A DNA stretch of 58,004 nucleotides, filler included, from Dirinaria sp. TL-2023a (GCA_051941275.1; 8 parts of 8 records of this genome joined end to end with filler, not necessarily neighbours in it); one strand, 5' to 3'. Positions 38,920-50,873 are shown, counted from the whole stretch's first letter. Notes: generated from the sequence alone by a model not told the origin. Numbers and translations are program-made.

Positions 38920-41900
38920 ATGTCTTCTCAAGAGAATATCCCTTTTGCGCCAGACGATGATGTGTCTGGCTCTCTTATCAATGCCACAAGTGCTGATCCA
39001 CCTCATAGCCAGCAGCATAGAGACACTGAAAGCGGCGCTCAGCTTCAGTCCCCGAGGGTCGTCCCCAACAGCCAGGAAGAGTCGCCATTAGCCGACCTTA
39101 CCAGCAACGACACCGAAGAAGACGAGGTATATCAACCAGCGCAAGGCGTTGCCCAATTTGAACTCCCCTCTGACGACGAAGAATCTTTGAAAACTATCGA
39201 CACTGTCCCTATCCCTGGTGGGGCCAAGGTCAGACATGTAAGTAAATGGCTTTTCTCCTTACCCAACATAACCACTCTCCCTGCACGTGAAAAGATCCGG
39301 TTTTCTAGGTACTTTGAAATAAGCGGTTTGGATGCTCTACGTCTTCTCTTCCCAGTTCCCCTTGATTATACTTTTCCATATCAGTAACCGTGCTACGGTT
39401 TCGTTCGTGCAAATCCACTTTAAGCGGCTCGGCTGACTGAAAATTTGCACTAGCCTCTACACAAGGAGGGCTTCAACGTCAACGGGCGACTCGCACAGGA
39501 GCATCCTGATTTCAAAGATATGGAAGAGGTCAGCACCCAGCAGGCTACTCAAGAAGCCTTCGACCAACGACGTCGTGGCGGCGCACCTGTGAGCCTTCGT
39601 GACGAGTCAGATGTTCTCTGTATCCTCCATCCAACCACCCCTCCAGCATACCGTGCTGTTGAATTGATAGCAGAAACCTGTCCCCAACACATCTTGCAGA
39701 ATGAAGACCTGCCGAAAACCCTCGAACATGACGTGGATTCGTTCCACGAGGCCATGGAGACTCGGCCCGACGCGCCAAACTCCGAGGATGGCGAATCTCA
39801 CGAGCAATCTGGAGAAGATACACAGGAGATCTTCGAGCCTCGGCCGTACGCAGCTGCGTCTTCTTCGAGAGACATCGCAATACGTTTCTCCTCCAGGATT
39901 CACGACGTATGCTTAGGCTGGGTTTTTGGAAGGAATTCCAACAAATGTGATCTGCTCCTTGTCCGCCCAAATGAGCAGACAGGGACTATGAAGATCAGCA
40001 ACAGCCACTTTCGTATATTCCTCAACGATAATGGCATTCTCATGCTCGAGGACATTTCTACTAATGGGACTTGGGTCGATCAGACGCTCGTGCAGCACAA
40101 GTCCAACATCCCAGACGTCAAGTCAAGACGTATCCTTACCAGCGGAAGCATGATTGAGATTATTCTGAATGCGGCCGATCGTATGAAGTTTGTTGTTATG
40201 ATGCCACCGAGAGACCGAGGAATGGCCAAGTACTCTACGAACGTCAACGACTGGCTCGCTTGTGTGAAACAATTGGAGCACCAGAAGGCAATGGCTGCCG
40301 AAGCGGCGGCACAAGGTAACATCATGGCGCCTCCAAAGGTAAAGTCCATTATAATGTATCCAAGTCTGTGAGATTAACGCTGGATTTAGGTCATACCTTT
40401 CGCACACATGCGTCAGAATGCACCTGCACCATCCAATGTAGCCCCAAGCATCATTGCTGGGAATGAGCAGTACAATTATGGTATGCGTTGGAATGGCGGT
40501 GACAAATACAACGTCGTTGGCCACGTTGGTAAAGGAGCGTTTGCCGATGTCTATAAACTTGCAACCAAGGACGACGGAGAGTTATTTGCGGTAAAGGAGA
40601 TTGAGAAGCGTCGTTTCTTGAAAGAAGGCGTCCTGACCCACAAGGCCCATAACGAGATCGAAGTCATGAAGAATCTGAACCATGTAAGACTCCCCACCTA
40701 CTAAGCAGTCAAAAGTAACCTAAAGCCCACAGCCAAATATCGTCGACTACGTGGGCTATGCAGAGCTTCCGAACCACCTTTACATCATCATGGAGTTCGT
40801 CCCATGCGGCGACCTGAGTCAGTATGTCGACAACGATGCCGCTATGCCCGAGTACATGTGTCGTATGGTCGCGCATCAGATAATGTCGGCCCTAGAGTAT
40901 CTCCACAGATCGAACGTCACACATCGAGATATCAAGCCGGATAACATTCTCGTTGCTAGCAACGATCCTTTCAGGGTCAAACTTTCGGACTTTGGTCTTT
41001 CCAAAGTTATTAAAGACGATGATACTTTCATGAAGACGTTCTGTGGTACATTGCTGTACTGCGCTCCTGAGATCTACCCTGGCTATGCCAATTTCAAGGC
41101 CGGTTTGCCGCAGAGGCGCCGCCGTCGCGATGACGAGGCGTAAGTGTAGAATGTGCCAGGCTGGAGGTGAGACTATGCTAACGCTGCCTTGCAGTGTGGG
41201 TCGGAGAACTTCATATCAGCAGTCTGTCGACACATGGGCTTTTGCTGCTGTTATGTTCCATTTGATGTGTGGCAGACCACCTTTCACCGGATCTTCAGCG
41301 AATTATGGTGCGGTTATGCTGGAGACCATCATGTCCAGCACAGTGGACTATGGCCGGCTCACTGCTGCTGGTGTGTCGCCAGAAGGGATTGATTTCGTGA
41401 AAAACATGCTTGTCCTCGAGCCAAGCGAACGCTCCAGTGACGCCGAGTGCCTTGCGCATCCTTGGATCATTGATCTGTCACGGGCCGCGAAGGCTGATAT
41501 GGATATGGGAGACTTTGCAGGGGGAGATCAGGAGTTGGATGCTTCGCAACTCAGCATACAAGAAGACCAAGCTGAACAGCCGAGGGGTGACGGTAATGAA
41601 GGTGAAGGCCTTGATGCTGAAGAGATTTTTCAATACCGTAGACAAGAGCACTCCCAGTCCGGGTCCGAAAACTCGCATCCAGAGGAACCACAGCCAGAGG
41701 AATCTCTCGCCTCCGTACCCTCGTATGAAACCATTCCGATGACTTATAATTTCGACAACGACAACGTAAGACGCAGGCCAGATGTGTCGGCAGGCAATCG
41801 ACTCTTTGGAGAGATTGGAAGCTCTGCACTTGATAGCTCCGGCATACTGGGCCAAACTGCTTATACTGCACTGGATATAGATATGGAGGGCAACCGCGAT

Positions 41901-43382
41901 GAGAGTGTTAGTGTGTCTGGAGGTGATAAGGTGGAAGCTACTGGCGGCGCTACTGATTCACATGTGACATATGGGGAAGTCGCACCACAACAGCAACAAC
42001 AACAACACCAAGGCTCCCACCGCTCTGATCACCCTCTTCCCCCACCTCACTCTCCTCGCCAATCTCAAGTCCCAGAATCTTCTGTACCCGCCGGGCCAGC
42101 TACTACCCTCCTAAGCACAGAAGTACAAATTGGTCAACTAAACATGGCTTCTCCTGGATCCACCCACTCGATGCCTTCGCCTGACAACAAGCCCGAAACC
42201 CCTTCAGCTTCTGCCAATACTGGCTCCAAGCGCCCTAGCATGGATGTCCAGTCCGCTGACGAACACAACACAAAGCGTGCTAAGACACATCGTTCCAGCA
42301 GAAAACCTCGAGCTCATCATGGATCGGCAGAAGCATCCATGAAGCAGCGTCGATCTAGAACCAGCGGCTCTCACGTCAAAGACGGTCAAAGCTCTCGCCA
42401 AGCAGCTCTGCAGGAGTCTCAGCCTCATCAAATCGCCTCAGGAGAAGGTGCAGGGGACTCCCAAAGGCAACAGCCACGCGAGAGCGCTCAAGATGCTCAT
42501 TCAGAGGCTGTTGTTCCCGGTGCACAAGAACATCATCAGCGAAATACGGCTATCTCTCGATCCCGAGCCAGCAAGCAGCGTCATAAAAGCTCGACTGGCG
42601 ACAGCAACTCCACCTCAACATCCACTGTCCAAGATAACCCAGCGCCAGCATCGGAGTTCAAGGTACCACTAGTACCAGAGCGGCCACCCCTCGGCAAGCT
42701 CCAGGTTGTCCCTGGTTCCGTCTGCGGCTTTCTCCAGAAAGCAAAAGGCGCGGAAAAGACAAACCGAGATCGCCAGAGCAAAGACTTCGATGAACAATTG
42801 GCCATCACCTTCAAAACGCGCTGGCTCTTCTTCGGCCGTCTCAGCGAGGAGGAGATCCCATACCCTAATGCCACGAAACTCGACTATACTCACATCACAC
42901 ATGCGGACAATTGGGACACCCGCGTGGGAAAGCAATGTATCGACCTCGCGTTCTGGCGCAACGGCATCGAAAGCGACGAAGCTGAGGGCAAAGACTGGGT
43001 CCGGGCGAACGACTTCTGGGCGATCTTGATGAACCGCTCATCGATGTCGCTATTCGTCAACGACGTCCGGCTCGAGAAAGGGAAAGACAGAGCCTTGTAC
43101 GGGAAGCTGTACACGGGGGACATCATCACGGTTTTCGAGCAGGAGGAACCGGGCAAAGGGGCCGAGTTCCTGAAGTTCGAGTGCGAGTTCTTCCGTGGCT
43201 TGAGCAGGCAGCGCCGTCCCGAGCGACGGCCGTTCACCATCGAGGAAGAGAGCGAGAGGCTGTACCGGTGGCGGTTGGATGAGGAGAAGAAGTCGCGGCG
43301 GCGCAGCAGCACCGCCAGCGGGAATCATGACGCTGCCGCTGCCGCACAGGACACTGTTTCTGGCATTGAATCGGCTACATAG
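38920..43382 (+). CDS. RAD53/CHK2-family checkpoint kinase (SQ/TQ cluster, FHA, kinase, long disordered linker, second FHA-like domain)
   Basis: STQQATQ; FHA motifs FGRN, ISNSHF, DISTNGT; kinase motifs GKGAFA, AVKE, HRDIKPDN, DFGLSK, TFCGTLLYCAPE; C-terminal FFGR...DTRV...YGKLYTGDIITV. Exon 1 (38920-39228) splices in frame to 39454; an alternative start lies at 39520. Confidence 0.88.
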
Positions 43383-43527
43383 TCGGAGAGCACAGAAGAA
43401 GTGGTCAACCCGAGAACTCAATTCAATTCAGCACGTCAATCAAATAATCAGCATTTCATTTCTTCCTACACCACCAGCCTCATTGCAGCGGATACCAGCA
43501 TCATCTCTTCCCTTCTCCCTTCCCCAT

Positions 43528-43627
43528 NNNNNNNNNNNNNNNNNNNNNNNNNNNNNNNNNNNNNNNNNNNNTTAATTAATTAANNNNNNNNNNNNNNNNN
43601 NNNNNNNNNNNNNNNNNNNNNNNNNNN
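43528..43627. other. Artificial contig linker
   Basis: 44N-TTAATTAATTAA-44N. Confidence 0.99.
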
Positions 43628-44077
43628 CCCACTAGGGGCCTATGCGAGATCTATGTACTTGTGTCGACGCTGTGCTGACGATGCGTCCACTTCCTCTATA
43701 TTACATGCCGTTTCATCTATCCGTAGTACTAGGAAATCCTCCATGCGAGGACTCTATGGGTCTAAGAATTTGAAGGATCTGAATCTGAAGGACCAGCGAC
43801 TGCCTGAAACTGACTAAGTAGACCAGTGGATAGGATCATTCGTATCGCTGCGGTGGCGCCCGCGGCGCTACCTAGCAGCTTCCTCACGTCTGTGGTATTG
43901 TTCGTCCTTTGTTGCATCTCTAGTCTCTCTTGCCTCCATGTAGGGCACGTTAGTAGCACATGTCTAACTGTCATGCGGCCCTGTCCGCAGTCGCAGGTTC
44001 CTGTAGTCACTCCGGGAACACGTCGCTCGCTCAAGAATTGATTAAAGCCTATTTTGCCCGTCCTCAACTGTGTGAGC
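43628..44077 (-). mobile_element. 3' fragment of a non-LTR (Tad1-like LINE) retrotransposon ORF2, 5'-truncated
   Basis: QLRTGKIGFNQFL...CDCGQGRMTVRHVLLTCP...LL...TGLLSQF is the C-terminal CCHC knuckle region typical of fungal LINE ORF2. It begins abruptly next to AT-rich DNA. Confidence 0.85.
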
Positions 44078-44625
44078 CGCTAATCGTATTACTCATTCTA
44101 TTAATCCTAATTAATGATTCTATATCTTCACATTCCTAAACCAGATATCTTTATAAAAGCAATCACAAATCTATCAAATACGCAATTGAGATAAAATTAA
44201 CGTTCTTTATAAAACAATGCACTTTTATTCAACGATAAATAGAACGGGGCCCATCTGAGGCGATACTCCGAGGTTGACGACCATAGAGAATGGAACGGAA
44301 GCATCTTTGAGGTTATGGTCTAACGGATGGAGCAACACGACGGTTAATGTGATTGATTTGAGCGATGAACTGATTGAGAGCAGGAGTAGCGGTGGAAATG
44401 TGGAAACGCATAGCGTTGGGACAACGTAGAGTCCGCATATCTTCTGGACTATTACCCTTGGCCAAATACGCTGTACCTAATTTCGGCTGCGAGGCGGGTA
44501 GAAAAGAGCTCCTAGCTGTTGACAATCTAGTGATAAGCATTTGAGACGCTGGTTGATCACCATCTATATAGGCCTATACTAGTTTCGTTGCCTCACTTTG
44601 CAAAAAGATTTCATATGCTGCACTT

Positions 44626-46396
44626 CTACTCTCTTTGATTCTTCACCCTTTTCACTCGCGCTGGAAAGCCGTCGCTGGGACGTGCGCTTCCTAACTGGAT
44701 TTGATAGGCTCTTTCTCCATTGACAGCCTTTACCCCTTTCTGTTTTCGTCGGGAAGTGCTATCCCATTCTTTATATGCGTCGAGCACCTCAAATTCACGA
44801 GCCGTAGTGACCAAGACCAGTTTCAGCTCCGTAAGTGCCAATTCCTGACCGATACAGCTCCTGGGCCCAAATTCAAACGGTCGCCAGGCGTTCTTGATCG
44901 GGTAAAGGGGATGGCCTTCAGTGACCGTAAAACGCTCAGGGAGAAATTCCTCAACTCGGGGCCAGAAGAGAGGGTTGTTGTGGAGGCCGTGATGGTTGCT
45001 CCAGACCAGACAGTGCTCGGTGGGGTATTGGCGACCGTCGGTGTCTGTGAGCGAGAAATCAGGCTGACCGGCACGGGGAGACGTGACTACGGGGAAAAGC
45101 CGCAAGGTTTCCCTAATCACAGCGAGCGTATAAGGGAGCTGATTCAACAGCTGTGGTTGAGATAGCAGTACACGCGTTGCTTTGGTAGGATCAGTTCCAA
45201 ATACTAAGTCGTGTTCAGCACGAAGCTTTTTGAGCACAGTCGGGTTGCGAGACAAGAGCAAGTAAAGATAGCAAATAGTAGTCGCCGTCGTGTCATGACC
45301 GCCAAAGATAAAGAGTTTAATTTGGCTCATAGCATGTTCATGGAATACGGGATCAACAGCTTGAACAGGTTTTCCTTCGGGCAAATCCTGAAAGTAGCTT
45401 TTCAAGGCAAGATCAATTATCGTCTTACTAGCCAGCTCTTTAGTGCTAATGCTGGTGGCGTAGCATTCCTGAAGCTTCTTTGAGATATATCGGTTCATTC
45501 TATGAGCGTTATACCATTGATAGAGGGGGCGTAACGGATTCAACTTGTCAAAAAAGTTGAGCTCAGAGCCAAATTGGCACCACCGGATTTGATCGCGTAA
45601 TGCTGCCGTCATATCGTTGTATTTGCGCTGCGCATCAAATCGATCGTCGCTGAGCATAGTTAGTGATGTCACAGAAGTAGAAGACCTTGTTTCAAGATGC
45701 TTACAGTGCAACTCTGCCGATCACGTCTATCGATGCATTGATAGCTGTTTCGTCCAAGAAAAATATATCTCCTTTCTCGGCGTGACCCTCGAGAATGTTT
45801 TTGAAGATCGATAATTCTTCTAGCATACGTGGAACAAGGGTCACCATGTGGTTTGCGCTGAACCCAGGATTAAATATCTTCCGCCAAGTTTTCCACGTCT
45901 GACCTTCCATAGATACCAAATCAAGACCTCCTGTGACCGGACGCATAAATCTGCGGAATCCAGGGTGTTTGGGAAGCAGATTATCGGCCTGACTGAATTG
46001 GGATACGACATTGGGTGACGTAACAACCAGCATTGGCTGAGCCAATGGCCAAGCGTCGAGATAGTAGACGGGCCCTAGGTCAGGATACCGACGTCGTATT
46101 TGATCGGGCAGATAATGAGCGTGGGCATCGCGAGGGAGTTGTAAGACGAGACTAATGAACAAAGGAATGTGACCTAGTAAATGGTGATAAGGAGGCATTG
46201 CCTTCGGTCCTTAGCGTAACGTGCTCGATGTTTAGAAAATCAAGCTTACCAAACCTTGTTTCCTCAAAAGCCTGAAATGTCGACGCACGCTGTATAATCG
46301 TACGAGAAAGAACGCTATACCGATTCCTGTAAATGCTATGATACTCCGAGCTGTTGGACCGGTTCCTTCCCATCTTTTCGTTGCCGAAGCTGACAT
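44626..46396 (-). CDS. Cytochrome P450 (StcS/VerA-like lineage inferred); three exons
   Basis: N-terminal anchor; PPYHHLLGH; FGGHDTT (I-helix); ETLR; PERF; FEFGPRSCIG heme motif. Confidence 0.93.
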
Positions 46397-46958
46397 TGTA
46401 CCGATGGCAGCATGGAAGTATTGTAGTATGTGCAGAGCCAAAGGTATAGCTCCCCTCTATAATGTGAGCTTAGTGTTGATCGGCACTGAAGATTGATCTG
46501 GATTTAGCAAGGCATCACTGACCATCTTTACAGAGGTCAGCTTCTGTATGTTCCCGCTAAATTGTCCGCTAGTGCACAAGAAGTTTAGCACTTGATAAAT
46601 GACTTACCTTAAATGTCTTTGACACACGATATTAGGAAAATTTGGCAAAGCCACCTGGACTTGAAAGAAGCACATAACAAGGGTGAGTAGAGAAGAAAAC
46701 TTCGCATAGAGGAACAATGGGCGTGCAACCAATCTTACTTCGCCTCGCGGACGTTCTGATGGAAATCGCTTCACTTTTTCAGCCGGACGATGAGGCGACC
46801 AGGCAACCGGGCCTAGCTGAAATGGTTGGTCAGCGCACTCTTGTGTGCACTGGTGATGTCAATCTGGTGGCTTTCGGGTGTCCATTCAATGGCGTTCCTG
46901 CAGCATTTTCTAGCGCTTGGCGCGTTGACTCGGCGATCATCGCTCGATGATACGCCAT

Positions 46959-47091
46959 TACAGATACCTAGCAGAGCGGTTGGGAACGCGCCTGTGTAGC
47001 GTGATATGATATACGCCGAGCCAGCTGCAAAAAGACCCTTGTATTTATCCTTGAATGCGGCGGGCGCGTACCAGCCGCTGTGCTATCTGTA
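46959..47091. mobile_element. Putative MITE (Tc1/mariner-pogo type ends)
   Basis: Left end TACAGATA[CCTA]GCAGAGCGGTTGGGAACGCGCC versus reverse complement of the right end TACAGATAGCACAGCGGCTGGTACGCGCC; TA at both ends; 133 bp, non-coding. Confidence 0.55.
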
Positions 47092-47353
47092 GAAGTTGCA
47101 TGTTATCACGTTTCAGAGACTGTGGGTGTGCACTATCCCTGCTAACAGAACGTTGCGGCATTTGCGTTTTTGAAAACATGTATAGAAAATGTAACGTAAG
47201 GGGAGAAATCGATTCTGTATATTTCACAACTTTGACTTAGTTACGGATAAGATCTGGAAGTGAAAGGTAAGAAGTGAGCTTGAAATGTCATGATTTATTG
47301 AGATTGGTGACCTAATTGGACTTCGCATGCTGTCTATTTCTTCTATGTATGTA

Positions 47354-48141
47354 GGTTGTTATCTAGGTGTTTACACGACAACCCTTATGAGCGGAGGTCT
47401 ATGCCCCAATTGAGCCTAACGCTGGCCTTGCCGGGTACGGTATACCCTGCCGCACAGAGAACTTTTTGCTCAAAAAACACTATTTTTGAAATAACTCAAC
47501 AACGAAACGTGCAATTGACTTTATTAACGCGTTATTCGACCCGTCTGATTATTGCGCATCGGCCTCTGTGCGATAGTCACGATGGGGAGATCTGATTGGC
47601 CGTCAATGAGGCAAGAGAAGCCTGACATACGCGAGCATGACACAATGCTGCTTGTTAATACGAAAATCATGCAGATCAGAGCAGAGAAAGAAAACGTATC
47701 ACAACCGACTATAAGAGCATGGCTTAACGAGATAGTAGACTATCTGGAACGAGCAAAAGGCCTTACAATGCAGTTAGAAGCAATGAAGGCCATCAATCAA
47801 TTGATCATTAAAGTAGAACGCAGTCACGAAAGAATTGAGAAAAATACAACGATCATACGCAGTCACATAACAGAAATCGCAGCAACATCTGCTGCATTCT
47901 CATCGACGATCCTCATTGCTCTCAGAATCTGAGCAGTAGTGACAGCGAGCGCATCGTCATCGACGTCAAAGTCTTTCATCAACAAAAATATCGAGATTAT
48001 AGTTCGTCTAAACGATAGCAAAGTCAAACAAAAGCTTAGAGATCAGAATGCAGAGCACATTGTGAACAGCGTCAACGAAATCATCGCGAAGACGAATCTC
48101 ACAGCGAAAAGCATCAGAGCAGTTAAGAAATTGCTCAGCGA
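47354..48141 (+). mobile_element. Degenerate LINE 5' region with ORF1 (gag-like), cut off by the mini-LTR element
   Basis: ORF from ~47582 with a coiled-coil-like segment, an in-frame TGA at 47930, then EIIVRLND...IRAVKKLLS, which resembles the fungal LINE ORF1 motif I.AV.KLPSGD. It ends exactly at the LTR at 48142. The 5' boundary is approximate. Confidence 0.65.
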
Positions 48142-48610
48142 TGTCAAAGACCCAACCTTGGTTAGATAGGTTTCCCAATGGTAAAAGTCCCGGCAGCGCC
48201 AAAAGACTAACTAAACCAAGTCAAGGGACTTGGTGCCTATCTTACTACTGAGGTGTTCCAGGGTCGTAACACTACCCGGGGCTCTCTCCGAGCTTCGTCC
48301 CGAAGCTCAGCAAGCTCAGAGCCAATGGATAGGAGGTTCGCCTTAAGTGGAAAGGTTAAGTAGTCGCCCCGAGCTTAGATAAGCTCTCAGCCACAAGTCC
48401 TCGCCGAAACCCGAAAACCCTTCAAGCGTCCGGGCTGGGAGTCGAACTCAGAACCTTGCGACCGGGTTGACTTGGTTTAATGTCAAAGACCCAACCTTGG
48501 TTAGATAGGTTTCTCAATGGTAAAAGTCCCGGCAGCGCCAAAAGACTAACTAAACCAAGTCAAGGGACTTGGTGCCTATCTTACTACTTAGGTGTTCCAG
48601 GGTCGTAACA
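48142..48610 (-). mobile_element. Miniature LTR retroelement (TRIM-like): two 130-bp LTRs and a 209-bp non-coding core
   Basis: Direct repeats 48142-48271 and 48481-48610, bounded by TG...CA, with 2 mismatches. On the minus strand a PBS-position 13-mer is complementary to the LTR, and a weak purine tract precedes the second LTR. Confidence 0.8.
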
Positions 48611-50773
48611 GATCGTGGCGAGCGGAGTCTCAGAAATGAAATATGGCGAGAAGGATATTTACTTTAGGGACATACACCTCTTTCTTATCAGGGTCAAAGA
48701 GATGGTCGTTATCAGAGAAGCACAAAAGGTGAGAGATAATCTGTGATTGAGCTTAGCCGGCACATCGCAGAAATGGTACACAGGAGAGCTATCGGACAAT
48801 GAGCGTAGAATGATTAGAATGATCATGCCCGAAGCAATCGACGAGTTGGCGGAATGATCGAGCCTCTTGCTCGAACAGTTTCGAGCTTCTCACAATGTTG
48901 CTCTACAAAGTGTTCTTCGCGAGCGATACACCGTCCGCGATGTCGTCAATCGTAGAGAGTCAAGAGAATACGCTCAGAAGATATTGAGGGGTGTCAGAGA
49001 TGCCAAAATGAACGTTCTCAATCAGCTTGATATCATCTACAATGGTATAGACATGAAAGTTCGACTCGAGGATCTGAGGATGCCTTTCGAGAGCACAACG
49101 GTGAACGGATTTCTCAAACAGATGAAGAAATTCAAGCATGATTGATGAGTCAAAGAAGCTAAGATTATGCGTGATACTGCTCAAGATCAAGACAGTCACA
49201 CTGAACAAGACAGACAGTCTGATGACAATCGATCACTCTACGGTCAGTATAATATCAGTAACCGTCAAAATCAGTTTCAGTTCAGCTATTCACAGTCAAG
49301 GCAGCAATACTATTCACAGTCTTTTCGAGCGAACCCGTAAGAAGTGATCAATACTACGATGAACACTTCTTCTCAGCGGTTGCAAATTATCGCTGAACCG
49401 ACGCCAAACCCAGATCAAGTAAACGCCGCAGAGTCGAATTCGAATTATCAGAAACCTTATACAGCATCAAGCGTCATCGATTTCAATAACCCACGATACC
49501 CTCTCTATCTCACTACTGACAATAGAGATGGATTCAGTTACTATGATAACAATAATCGTGAGGGATATCAAAACAGCAATCGTAGTGGATATGAATATCA
49601 GAATAACAATCGTGGCGGATACGATTATCAGAACAATCGCGACGGATATCAGTATGATAATAATCGTCCTAGTTATCAAGGCGGTCAGAGAGATCCTCAA
49701 AACCAAAATCGATTTCAAGAGCAAAAGGCATATAATGTCACTGTTTTGGACGATATTGAAGAACTCATTACAGAGAAACATCCGATCAATAATGAGGAAC
49801 AAGAAGAATATCATGACGAGAAAGAAGAGAACTTGAAGTCAGAGAGAGAAACGAACGATGAGTTTTCTCAATACAGTGACGAATGATACAACGACGAAGA
49901 TGTCAATTTCATCATCTCTGATAACGATCAAAATATTCATCGTTGCGAAAAGTGCGATGACATTTTTTCATTCAAAAATCAGTTGTTTAAGCATTTGCGA
50001 CAACAATGTTGAAAGGATTCGATTTCATCATCAACGAATTCATCGTCACTCTCGATAGTAGAAACAGTGATCAACTCAGTTGAGCTTTCGACTCTTATCA
50101 AATCATCGTCAAGAGTGAACAACTCATCGAAGCAATCTTCTGAGCATGCGTTTAGGGATTGACATTATGCCATCACTAAGATTGATTTCGATAGCAACGA
50201 TAATTTTGAGAATGAAATCTGTTTGAATTCAGAATGCCCGATTACTACTGACGATAAGCAATTTATACTTTCTAAGCTATCAAATGCGAAGATCCACACC
50301 ATGTCGACCTCATTACCAATTAGAGAGGTAGGCAACAAGGTGATCAAATCAATCGAATACGTCATCGTTTCAGCCTACTTTAAGGGTAAGTGTAACGATA
50401 AATCGACTATCGCGGAAATCAATATGAAGATACATCTTATAAACGAGCTCAAGACAAAGCTACTCGTTGACGTCGATATTATTGCTTCGAAAGATATCAT
50501 CTTGACGTTTTCGAAGAATCGTCTTATCATAATCTCGTGTGAGAACTTTGAGATCATTATGAAATTCAAGACACGACTAAACTCGAACACGCGACGCATT
50601 ATTCGTGCGAAGAAAACATTCACTGTCGTCTCAGATCAAATGATGAACGTTTCAGTGATTTATCACGAGACGTTATCAGACGATCGTGATTTTCTTTTCG
50701 AGTCACAGTGCTCGATCGACATGAGTCTGAACGATGAAGTACATGCTCATGTGATTGATTCGACGTTACATAT
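48611..50773 (+). mobile_element. Mutated Ty3/gypsy-type gag-protease relic
   Basis: KDIYFRDIHLF..VRDNL..KWYTGELS..ERYT..RE(S)REY..NQL..YNG gag; C2H2-like HRCEKCDDIFSFKNQLFKHL; degenerate aspartic protease CLNSEC (from CLDSGC); many TGA stops at Trp positions; runs into the gap. Confidence 0.8.
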
Positions 50774-50873
50774 NNNNNNNNNNNNNNNNNNNNNNNNNNN
50801 NNNNNNNNNNNNNNNNNTTAATTAATTAANNNNNNNNNNNNNNNNNNNNNNNNNNNNNNNNNNNNNNNNNNNN
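50774..50873. other. Artificial contig linker
   Basis: 44N-TTAATTAATTAA-44N. Confidence 0.99.

Noticed and set aside
47354..47452. Hairpin-rich LINE 5' end (GGTTGT...ACAACC) as a possible HDV-like or hammerhead ribozyme
   Set aside because: I could not fit the nested pseudoknot or an intact CTGATGA/GAAA core by eye. An Infernal or RNArobo search on a de-mutated consensus would be needed.
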